Part shown: one piece after another, positions 8,501 to 15,684 of the stretch
Layout: every line of letters starts with the position of its first letter
Numbering within the stretch: position 1 is the first letter of the stretch
Origin: Thermosulfurimonas dismutans
Lineage (GTDB): Bacteria > Desulfobacterota > Thermodesulfobacteria > Thermodesulfobacteriales > Thermodesulfobacteriaceae
Assembly: GCF_001652585.1 (NCBI RefSeq)
Contig: NZ_LWLG01000010.1
Span: 1-32,000, forward strand
Direction of reading: 5' to 3'
Length of the DNA stretch: 32,000 bases
Program-made: the position numbers and the translations under genes
Notes under the pieces: model-generated
Told to the model about the DNA's origin: nothing
Database searches by the model: none
Seen by the model: only the letters and a program-made list of their open reading frames with translations

Positions 8501-9146
8501 GGGCCAGCTTTGAAAGTTCGGCTATCAGGCGATCCCGCTGATCACGGAGATCGTTGGCTTGATGCCCTCCAGTCTCTGCCGCCGTTATTTGCAAATTGAT
8601 CTCTGCGATTTCCTTGGCCAAACGATTGATTTGTTCTACAATACTTTTAAGTTTTTGGCCTACGTTGTCCTCAAGCTCCTTTAAAGTCCGGAATTTTTCC
8701 GAAATATTTTCCGCAAGTAGCTTGCCCTTTTCCACCACTAAACGCCTTTCCGGAAGCCCCTCCGGCCGGTTGGAGAGCGTCTGCCAGGCAGAGAAAAAGT
8801 CGTTGAGGAGTTGCGAAAGACCAAGTTCACCGGTCTCATTGAAGATGGACTCCACAAGCCGCATACCGGTCTCTTCTGCAGTAAAAAAGCCCAAATCCGT
8901 GCGTTTGAGATTAAGGTTGGCCTCAAGAAAGACATCAAAGTAGCGTTTGATCTGATCAATCTTGACTCCGCTTCCGATAGGACCTACCGGGGATGGAGAA
9001 GGTGGATAAGGAGTAGTTACAATTTTCTGCCGGCTGTAGCCCTCAGTATCAACATTAGAGACGTTGTGACTGGTCACATGAACCGCAGTCTGAAAAGCCA
9101 AAAGGGCGTTCTTGGCAATATTCAGGGCACTTGTAATACCGGACAC
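5583..9146 (-). CDS. flgK: flagellar hook-associated protein 1, FlgK, unusually large (1187 aa)
   Basis: The GTG start at 9146 has GAGAGG 7 nt upstream. The N-terminus is [40 protein letters not shown], the mid-motif is [30 protein letters not shown], and the C-terminus is [33 protein letters not shown]. Confidence 0.9.
   Translation of the reverse strand: [1187 protein letters not shown]
6006..8174 (-). repeat. six degenerate protein-level repeats of about 65-80 aa inside flgK (aa ~325-1047)
   Basis: The shared pattern is: beta-like hydrophobic run, (D/N)xxG, then sL.D(l/i)...(I/L)(D/N), then A.(I/V)D..GRLV, then hxFxh. Examples are [59 protein letters not shown] and [13 protein letters not shown]...[13 protein letters not shown]. 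Aligned by eye. Confidence 0.55.
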
Positions 9147-9148
9147 GC

Positions 9149-9487
9149 CTAAGCCTCTCGGGAAATGATTTGGGCTCCAGCCGAAGAAACTCCCTCGCCG
9201 GCGTGGGAGTAAAAGGTCTCGGGTTTCATGGATTTAGAAAGCACCCGAAAGGCCTCCTCAATAAAGGAAAGACCAGCCTCGATCAAGGCCTTGTTACGTT
9301 CGTTTAGCTTCAGAACCTCTTCGAGAAGCTCCCGGTCGTCCTCGGAGAGCCCTTCTTCTTTAGCCTTTTCCACTAGCCGCGCCTTGTAAGAAGCCGTGCG
9401 CAAAACACTTTCGATAGCCCCTTTGAGAAGGGCCTCCCGTTCTTCTTCAAGGGCCTTTTTGAGTTCCAGAAGGGTCTTCTTAGCCAT
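9149..9487 (-). CDS. FlgN-like putative export chaperone (112 aa)
   Basis: I re-set the start to the ATG at 9487 (MAKKTLLELKK...), which has AGGAGG upstream. The 180-aa track ORF would otherwise overlap the flgJ-like gene. The product is helical and E/K/L-rich and lies directly upstream of flgK, with its stop 2 nt before the flgK GTG. Family assignment rests on position and composition only. Confidence 0.5.
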   Translation of the reverse strand: MAKKTLLELKKALEEEREALLKGAIESVLRTASYKARLVEKAKEEGLSEDDRELLEEVLKLNERNKALIEAGLSFIEEAFRVLSKSMKPETFYSHAGEGVSSAGAQIISREA

Positions 9488-9842
9488 CTCTACCTCCTTT
9501 TTCGGCATTTTTCGACTTTGGCATAAATTTTTCTTCGGGGAGATAGCGAGAAAGCTCTCGATATAAGAGGTCCGAAAGCCCCAAACCTCGTCCGGCAAGC
9601 TCTCTCGAAATCTCCTGATAAAAGAGATCCCGGTAGATCTTGATCTCAAGACCCTCCGGGAAAAATCCGCTACGCATGACCGTACGATCAAGCCCTTTGA
9701 GGATCTGGTGAAGCAACAGGCCCTCGAATTCTCGGCAGGCCTTTTTCAGGGCCGAACGGGGATCTTTCTGGGCTAGACTCTGCAAGCGTCGCAATTTTTC
9801 AAAACTAGAAGTTGGATAGTAACCGTAAGCCTTCATATCCAT
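9480..9842 (-). CDS. flgJ: rod-binding protein (FlgJ N-terminal-domain type, no hydrolase domain; 120 aa)
   Basis: ACREFEGLLLHQILKGLDRTV...IYRDLFYQEISRELAGRGLGLSDLLYREL matches the Rod_binding pattern (efEa.fl..mlk.mr...y..m.dqqla..la..g.GLa). Confidence 0.8.
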   Translation of the reverse strand: MDMKAYGYYPTSSFEKLRRLQSLAQKDPRSALKKACREFEGLLLHQILKGLDRTVMRSGFFPEGLEIKIYRDLFYQEISRELAGRGLGLSDLLYRELSRYLPEEKFMPKSKNAEKGGRDG

Positions 9843-9847
9843 GCCCC

Positions 9848-10939
9848 CTACATAATCACCAGTTCGGCCTGAAGGGCACCGGCGGCCTTAATAGCCTGAA
9901 GCACGGCGATGAGGTCCCGGGGAGTGGCCCCCACGGCGTTAAGCGCCCTCACTAGCTCTCCGATGCTGGCCCCTTCCTCAAGCACTACCACCCGGGCCTT
10001 CTCCTCTTTGGCCTTGACCTCGGTTCGGGGAACCACCACGGTCTCGCCCCTGGCAAAGGGCTGGGGTTGAACCACCTGCGGGGTCTCTCGTATCTCCACG
10101 GAAAGGTTCCCATGGGCTACTGCCACCCGAGAGACCCGCACATTCTCGCCTATGACCACCGTGCCGGTACGTTCATCAATAACCACCCGAGCGGGCACAT
10201 CCGGCTCGACCTCAAGATCACCAACGTCTGCGAGCAACGCCACCACTCGTCCGCGGTACTTTGGAGGTACAAGGAGCTTAATCGTGCGTCCATCCAAAGC
10301 TTGAGCGAAAGGGCCATGCAGATAAGCGTTGATAGCCGAAACGGCTCGAGAAACCGTGGTAAAGTCTGCCTCACGAAAAGAAAGGGTGAGGGCCTCCTTA
10401 CCATTCAGATCCACCGGAACGGTTCTCTCCACGATGGCCCCGTTGGGGACCCGGCCCACGGTGGGATGATTGACCTGTACCGAGGCTCCGGCTCCTCCGG
10501 CTCCGAATCCTCCGATGGAAACTGGCCCCTGGGCCAAGGCGTATACCTGCCCATCCGGCCCTTTTAGAGGAGTCAATAGCAAGGTTCCTCCTTGGAGACT
10601 TTTGGCGTCTCCGATGGAAGAGACCAGGACATCTATCCGCTGACCAGGCTTCACGAAGGGGGGAAGCTCGGCGGTAACCATAACAGCGGCCGCGTTTTTG
10701 AGCTTCACCTGAGCCCTGGGGACCCGAATTCCGAACCGCTCGAGCATGTTCACGATGGACTGAACCGTAAACTTGGTCTGGTCGCCGTCGCCAGTTCCTT
10801 TAAGACCCACTACTATGCCGTAACCCACGAGGAGATTACTCCTTACGCCCTCCACCGTAACAAGGTCCTTGATACGGGCCGCCAATCCCGACCCGAAAAG
10901 TAAGAGAAACCAAAGCACGAAAACCATTACCCTCTTCAC
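9848..10939 (-). CDS. flgI: flagellar P-ring protein FlgI (363 aa)
   Basis: A signal peptide is followed by RIKDLVTVEGVRSNLLVGYGIVVGLKGTGD. The C-terminus is ELVRALNAVGATPRDLIAVLQAIKAAGALQAELVIM. The GTG start has AGGAGG 7 nt upstream. Confidence 0.95.
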   Translation of the reverse strand: MKRVMVFVLWFLLLFGSGLAARIKDLVTVEGVRSNLLVGYGIVVGLKGTGDGDQTKFTVQSIVNMLERFGIRVPRAQVKLKNAAAVMVTAELPPFVKPGQRIDVLVSSIGDAKSLQGGTLLLTPLKGPDGQVYALAQGPVSIGGFGAGGAGASVQVNHPTVGRVPNGAIVERTVPVDLNGKEALTLSFREADFTTVSRAVSAINAYLHGPFAQALDGRTIKLLVPPKYRGRVVALLADVGDLEVEPDVPARVVIDERTGTVVIGENVRVSRVAVAHGNLSVEIRETPQVVQPQPFARGETVVVPRTEVKAKEEKARVVVLEEGASIGELVRALNAVGATPRDLIAVLQAIKAAGALQAELVIM

Positions 10940-10950
10940 CTAATTTCCTC

Positions 10951-11646
10951 CTAAAAGAGCCAGATAATATGGAGAAGCTGAGCCACCCAGCCCGGCCCCC
11001 TTATGATCTCTTTGTTGGGGCCTTTTCCGCTGTATTCCAGGGTGACATCCGAAAGCTGGGTGGAAAGCACGGCGTTGTCGGCGTCGATGTCTTGGGGTCT
11101 GACGATTCCGGTTAGCACAATGTATTCCAGATCGGCGTCTTGTTTGACCACCCGCTTGGCCTGCACCACCAAGTTGCCGTTGGGTAAAACTTTCACCACC
11201 CTAGCCGTAATAGTGGCCGTAATAGAGGTATTCCTTTGGCTTTGAGACTGAGCGTTCAAGTTGTATTGATAGGAGGAATCAAACATGGGATTGGCTGTGA
11301 ATCGATGATTGTAATCTTCCATAGCCTTCTCGTATCCCAAAAGCTTTGCGATACCGGCCTTGATCCCGGTAGACCGAGAACCCTTGTTGCTTACTTGCTG
11401 GGAACTCTGGTAGCTTTCCACGATCTTGATGGTTACCAAGTCCCCTACCCGTCTGGCCCGGTGATCTTCGAAAAAGTAGAGACCACCGCCTTCAGTAAAA
11501 AGGGAACCCTCCGAAACGGGAGAGGGCTTTCCGGCCTTGATCTCAGGCACCTCCGGCGGTGGAGGGGGCACAATGGCCTCCGGCTTAGTGGTAGTACACG
11601 CCGACAGGATCAAAACCAATATCATGGCCCACCATGCCCACCGCAT
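10951..11646 (-). CDS. flgH: flagellar L-ring lipoprotein FlgH (231 aa)
   Basis: A lipobox (LILSAC) follows a hydrophobic leader. FEDHRARRVGDLVTIKIVE and GNLVVQAKRVV...IVLTGIVRPQDI are FlgH-typical. Confidence 0.93.
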   Translation of the reverse strand: MRWAWWAMILVLILSACTTTKPEAIVPPPPPEVPEIKAGKPSPVSEGSLFTEGGGLYFFEDHRARRVGDLVTIKIVESYQSSQQVSNKGSRSTGIKAGIAKLLGYEKAMEDYNHRFTANPMFDSSYQYNLNAQSQSQRNTSITATITARVVKVLPNGNLVVQAKRVVKQDADLEYIVLTGIVRPQDIDADNAVLSTQLSDVTLEYSGKGPNKEIIRGPGWVAQLLHIIWLF

Positions 11647-12386
11647 CAGAAACTCACCTCCACGGTGTCCGACGAAACTACCCGAGCGTAAATTTCTTTT
11701 TTGCTTGAGAGATTCCGGACCCGGATGATCTCCCCCATACGACCGTCTTGCCGGGCCTGGCCCTTGGCCACCACCGTAAGGTAAGAGGTACGGGCCAGGA
11801 TTTTTACGATCTGGTTTCGCCGGATAATCGGTGGCTTTTCGATTTGGGAAAGTCGCAAGACCTTTCCGGCCGAAAGGCTGTACTTGACCCTTTTACCGAG
11901 GGCCTGGGAAGGATCAGTAAGCACATCGTGGGGAAGTCTGGTGAGTGGTCGAGGCTCAAGAGCCAAGACCTCTTTGGTAAGGATGGCCCCTCTAGCTACC
12001 GGTCTAGAAAGAACAACCACCGGAAGCAGGACCTCCACATATCCCACCAGCCTCACCCGAGCGATCAAACGACCATCCTTGAGATAGTCCACCAGGAGAG
12101 TATTGGAACCGGCCTGAGGATGGTTAACAAAATGGATTCTTTCTTCGGCCCCGTCTGGAATTTCAACCGGAAGGGGTTCCACGGCTAACCGTAAAATTTC
12201 TATCCGTTCCGTCGGCCAAGGGAGTCTTTCGGCCACCACCCTCTGGAAAAGTTCTCGGAAATAGGATTCTTCAAGCCTCTTGGCATGCACAAAACTTGAG
12301 GCCCAAAGCAACACGATAAAGGACCACAAGGCCAGAAATCCCAAGAAGATGAGAACCCGACCTATCCTGAAATCCCCCGTCTTCAT
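11646..12386 (-). CDS. flgA: flagellar P-ring assembly chaperone FlgA (246 aa)
   Basis: There is an N-terminal TM/signal segment. The C-terminus (RRNQIVKILARTSYLTVVAKGQARQDGRMGEIIRVRNLSSKKEIYARVV) matches the FlgA/SAF pattern. The stop overlaps the flgH ATG (TGATG). Confidence 0.85.
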   Translation of the reverse strand: MKTGDFRIGRVLIFLGFLALWSFIVLLWASSFVHAKRLEESYFRELFQRVVAERLPWPTERIEILRLAVEPLPVEIPDGAEERIHFVNHPQAGSNTLLVDYLKDGRLIARVRLVGYVEVLLPVVVLSRPVARGAILTKEVLALEPRPLTRLPHDVLTDPSQALGKRVKYSLSAGKVLRLSQIEKPPIIRRNQIVKILARTSYLTVVAKGQARQDGRMGEIIRVRNLSSKKEIYARVVSSDTVEVSF

Positions 12387-12389
12387 GGC

Positions 12390-13172
12390 TTACCTCTTGA
12401 GGTTATTGGCAAGCTCAAGCATTTGATCCGCGGTGAGAATACCCTTGGAGTTGGCCTCGTAGGCCCGCTGGGTAATGATCATCTTGACCATTTCCTCCAC
12501 CACGTCCACGTTGGACATCTCCAGATACCCCTGAGCAATGGTGCCGAGCCCCTGAGTTCCGGGGTTACCCTCAATGGGATCACCGGCAGCGTCTGTAGCA
12601 CGGTAAAGATTCCGGCCAATGGCATCCAGACCTGCGGGATTGGGAAAATCATAGATGAGGAGCTGGGTCTGGGCCAAAGTATTGCCATTGGCATCCAAGG
12701 CCGTGATCATACCGTCCGGGGTGACCTCGATCCGAACCGTGCCGGTGGGCACCACAAACTCCGGCTGTAGCCGAGCCCCGTTGGCGGTCACGATGTAGCC
12801 ATCCCGATCGATCTTGAAGTTTCCGGCCCGGGTGTAAAGTTCCTCCCCGTTCACCAGAACCTTAAAGAATCCCCGTCCCTCGATGGCCCAATCCAACTCC
12901 TGATTGGTCTGCTGATACTCGCCTTGAGTGAAGAGCTTGTGAATGGCAACCGGTCTTACCCCTAAGCCGATTTCCATGCCTACCGGAACCTGAGTTCCCT
13001 CCGCGGTGACCGCTCCGGCCATCTTGAGCTTTTGATAAAACAGATCCTCAAAATCCACCCGGCTTTTTTTGAAACCGGGAGTGTTCACGTTGGCCAAATT
13101 GTTGGCAATGGTGTCGAGCTGAAGCTGCTGTCCCTGCATTCCGGTAGCCGCACTCCAGAGCCCTCTAATCAT
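12390..13172 (-). CDS. flgG: flagellar distal rod protein FlgG (260 aa)
   Basis: MIRGLWSAATGMQGQQLQLDTIANNLANVNTPGFKKSR...ITQRAYEANSKGILTADQMLELANNLKR is canonical FlgG sequence. Confidence 0.95.
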   Translation of the reverse strand: MIRGLWSAATGMQGQQLQLDTIANNLANVNTPGFKKSRVDFEDLFYQKLKMAGAVTAEGTQVPVGMEIGLGVRPVAIHKLFTQGEYQQTNQELDWAIEGRGFFKVLVNGEELYTRAGNFKIDRDGYIVTANGARLQPEFVVPTGTVRIEVTPDGMITALDANGNTLAQTQLLIYDFPNPAGLDAIGRNLYRATDAAGDPIEGNPGTQGLGTIAQGYLEMSNVDVVEEMVKMIITQRAYEANSKGILTADQMLELANNLKR

Positions 13173-13187
13173 GTCTTGACCTCCTTA

Positions 13188-13955
13188 TTAAGTTCTTGAG
13201 GCCGTCTCTATGAGACGCCCGGTAGCCTCGTCCGAGGCCTTCAAGGCCTTTTGGACGGCCTCAAATTCACGATGGATCTCAATCAGAGAAACAATTTCCG
13301 TCAAAGGATTGACATTGGATTTTTCGAGGTACCCCTGCCGGAGCTGAAAGTCTTCGGCCGGGACTTCCCGGACCCCTTCGGCCACAAAGAGATTTTGGCC
13401 CAGTTTCCGAAGCTTAGAGAGGTCATCGAAGGTTACGATGTCCAGACGAGCCACGGTGGTACCGTCCACGGAGATGGTACCATCCTCGTAGATAAGAAAC
13501 TTCTCGGTAGGCAGGGTGATAAGCCCCCCTCGAGCCAGACCTGGGTCCACGATCACCGGGGCACCGTTGGCCAACACTGGATAGCCCTCCGGGGTTACCA
13601 AGCGGCGATCCCGATCGATCCGGAAGTTACCGGCCCGGGTGTAGGCTATCCCCTGGGGAGTCTGAACCTTGAAAAAGCCCTCTCCAACAATGGCTAGATC
13701 CAAAGGATTTCCAGTAGGCTCGAGTTCACCTTGTTCAAAGATGGTCCTTTGGGTAGTCTCCTTGAAGATTCGCTGGTACCGGGGCCCAATCTTCCGCATG
13801 AAGACCTCGCGAAAGGAAAGGGCCTCACGCTTGAAACCGGGGGTGTCCACGTTGGCCAGATTGTTGGTGGTAACCGCAAGCCGCCTCTCAAGGAGCCTCC
13901 CGGCTTCAAGCCCTTCCAATAAACCCAGTTGAGGATTGACCTTAAGTCCACGCAT
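13188..13955 (-). CDS. flgF: flagellar proximal rod protein FlgF (or a FlgG paralogue; 255 aa)
   Basis: LAVTTNNLANVDTPGFKRE...GFFKV...YTRAGNF...EKSNVNPLTEIVSLIEIHREFEA is a rod-family signature. It lies upstream of flgG. Confidence 0.85.
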   Translation of the reverse strand: MRGLKVNPQLGLLEGLEAGRLLERRLAVTTNNLANVDTPGFKREALSFREVFMRKIGPRYQRIFKETTQRTIFEQGELEPTGNPLDLAIVGEGFFKVQTPQGIAYTRAGNFRIDRDRRLVTPEGYPVLANGAPVIVDPGLARGGLITLPTEKFLIYEDGTISVDGTTVARLDIVTFDDLSKLRKLGQNLFVAEGVREVPAEDFQLRQGYLEKSNVNPLTEIVSLIEIHREFEAVQKALKASDEATGRLIETASRT

Positions 13956-13969
13956 GACACCAAAATCAA

Positions 13970-13985
13970 TGCAAGGGATGTGCCA
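13970..13985 (-). promoter_or_regulatory. sigma-54 (-24/-12) promoter upstream of flgF
   Basis: The minus strand reads TGGCAC-ATCCC-TTGCA, an exact match to the core consensus TGGCAC-N5-TTGCW. It is the only such match I found on either strand. It ends 14 nt before the flgF ATG. Confidence 0.55.
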
Positions 13986-14058
13986 TTGGAGAAGCGAGTG
14001 GATCCAAAGGAAAGCGGCTATCAGGAGGATCTTTTGCCCGTCTAGGTACTTATAGAAT

Positions 14059-14090
14059 AGGAAAATTTTTCCGCTCGGAAAGATTTTCCT
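14059..14090 (-). promoter_or_regulatory. 32-nt AT-rich palindrome/hairpin overlapping the asmA-like stop codon (terminator and/or enhancer-binding site)
   Basis: AGGAAAAT (14059-14066) pairs with ATTTTCCT (14083-14090). An inner TTTCC/GGAAA stem has a 4-nt loop. That gives 13 bp plus one mismatch. The centre lies about 90 bp upstream of the -24 element. Confidence 0.5.
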
Positions 14091-15678
14091 AGAGACCCAA
14101 AAGGCCCTTGAGTTTTTCCTCGATTGTTTCTTTTAATCTCCGTTCCAAGGGCCGAGATCTAAGAATTACTCTGGGTTTGCGGTAAGGCCCCTTTACCAGG
14201 ACCGTAAGCTCCACTTCTCCCTTATCGTTTAGGAAGTGTCTGGCAAAAGGAAGACGCTGTGTCAATCTTTTGGACAATCCTGGAGAAAAGACGAGGTCAA
14301 AGGGCATATCGAGGTACCCCTCGAAATCGAGGGTGCCTGAGGGAAGGCTAGCAGAAAGCATAGGACCTACAAGTTCAGCTTTGAGAAAGAGTCGTTGGTC
14401 TTTGACCTCAAACTTTCCTCGCCCGTAGGAAAAGAGAATAATCTTGAGCTCCGGGAGATTGAGGAGTCGAGACAGGACTTCGGTAGCCGGAATGCCGGAG
14501 AGTTCAAGGGGTTTGACCTCAAAACCACCTTGACCGGCAAGCGTTCTCTTGACCTCCTCAAGGCTCAGGCCAGCTCCGGCAAACTCCCCCTCATAGCTGA
14601 TTTGGCCATTAATTTTGCCGGGCAGATCAGGGTGAAGGCCGGAAAGAATTTCAGCCACCTCGATACCGACCCCGGTCTTCCTCACTTTCCAAGAAGGGAC
14701 ACGTGTTCTGAGATCGGCCTCTAGGTGGTCCCTTACCTTGCCTCCAGCCACCTCTCCCTGAAAGTCTGAAGTAAGTTTGCCGTCTCTAAAGGTAGCTATA
14801 AGTCGCGAGTTAAGGAGAGCTAGTTTCCGATAGATAATCTTCGTCAAGGTTATCTCTACCCGGGCCTTAGCCACCGGTATAAAAATAGTCGAGGATAGAG
14901 AACTCGATCGGGATGTCCCGGCCTGCGAAACCTGCCTTTTCTCAAACCCGCTTCCCTTGAGAAAAGGATTAAGGTCCAAGGTCTGGCCAGAAAGATTGAC
15001 TTCGAGCTCAGGGGCAGACAGGTAGTCCTTTACTTTAACCACCAGCCTAAAAGGTTCCTTGAAGAGTTCAAAATCAGCTCTGGCAGAAAGCCCTTCCGGA
15101 CTCAAAGAAGCCTTGACTTCAAAGGGGATCTCCATCTCGGGAAGGTCTCCGGTCTCGTCCTTGAAAAGCAACTTGCCGTTTCGAACCTCTAAATTCGGGA
15201 TTAGCAAGGTCAAAACGGCTTTACCGAAAGCCTTCCCCCTAGAAGACGCGGCAGATTCCCCATTCTCCCTGCGGGTATCTTCTTTTTTGAGAATTTTCAG
15301 GGTTTCCCAGTTGAAGACCCCTTTTCTATCCTTTACCACCCGGAGGTAGGGACTATCGATTTCGGCCTTGGTAATAACAACCTTCTTCCTCAATAGAGGA
15401 AGTAATCGAAACTTGACCCTTAGGCCCTTGAGGCGGACAAAATCCGTTTGACCATCGCTTTCCTTTATGGTCAGCCCTTTAAGGAGTATCCCTTTAAATA
15501 AGCCTACTTCAATTTTTTGGAGTTCTACCTTGCGCCCGAGAAGGGTCTCGGCTTTGGAGATCGTAAGATTGCGGATCTTTTCGGGCTTCAAATAGATATG
15601 AACCAGGAGGGCCAGGGCTGCTATAAAACCCACCAAAAGGAGCCCTAAGGTTACAAGGAAACGATAAAAAGTCTTCAT
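14089..15678 (-). CDS. AsmA-family outer-membrane biogenesis protein (529 aa)
   Basis: There is an N-terminal TM anchor (FLVTLGLLLVGFIAALALLVHIYL). The remainder is long and predicted beta-rich, with AsmA-like N-terminal (LLGRKVELQKIEVGLFKGILLKGLTI) and C-terminal segments. GAGGGGGA serves as the SD. Confidence 0.7.
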   Translation of the reverse strand: MKTFYRFLVTLGLLLVGFIAALALLVHIYLKPEKIRNLTISKAETLLGRKVELQKIEVGLFKGILLKGLTIKESDGQTDFVRLKGLRVKFRLLPLLRKKVVITKAEIDSPYLRVVKDRKGVFNWETLKILKKEDTRRENGESAASSRGKAFGKAVLTLLIPNLEVRNGKLLFKDETGDLPEMEIPFEVKASLSPEGLSARADFELFKEPFRLVVKVKDYLSAPELEVNLSGQTLDLNPFLKGSGFEKRQVSQAGTSRSSSLSSTIFIPVAKARVEITLTKIIYRKLALLNSRLIATFRDGKLTSDFQGEVAGGKVRDHLEADLRTRVPSWKVRKTGVGIEVAEILSGLHPDLPGKINGQISYEGEFAGAGLSLEEVKRTLAGQGGFEVKPLELSGIPATEVLSRLLNLPELKIILFSYGRGKFEVKDQRLFLKAELVGPMLSASLPSGTLDFEGYLDMPFDLVFSPGLSKRLTQRLPFARHFLNDKGEVELTVLVKGPYRKPRVILRSRPLERRLKETIEEKLKGLLGL

Positions 15679-15684
15679 TCCCCC

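Noticed and set aside
9499-9506. GCCGAAAA (minus strand) as a sigma-28 -10 element for the flgN-like gene and flgK
   Set aside because: There is no TAAA at N15. The implied TSS would fall inside or after the SD of the FlgN-like gene.
9149-9691. 180-aa version of the FlgN-like ORF
   Set aside because: The upstream 68 codons overlap the rod-binding gene in another frame and read as R/S-rich nonsense. A strong AGGAGG precedes the internal ATG at 9487.
10067-10567. 166-aa plus-strand ORF antisense to flgI
   Set aside because: It is a shadow ORF within the well-conserved FlgI gene.
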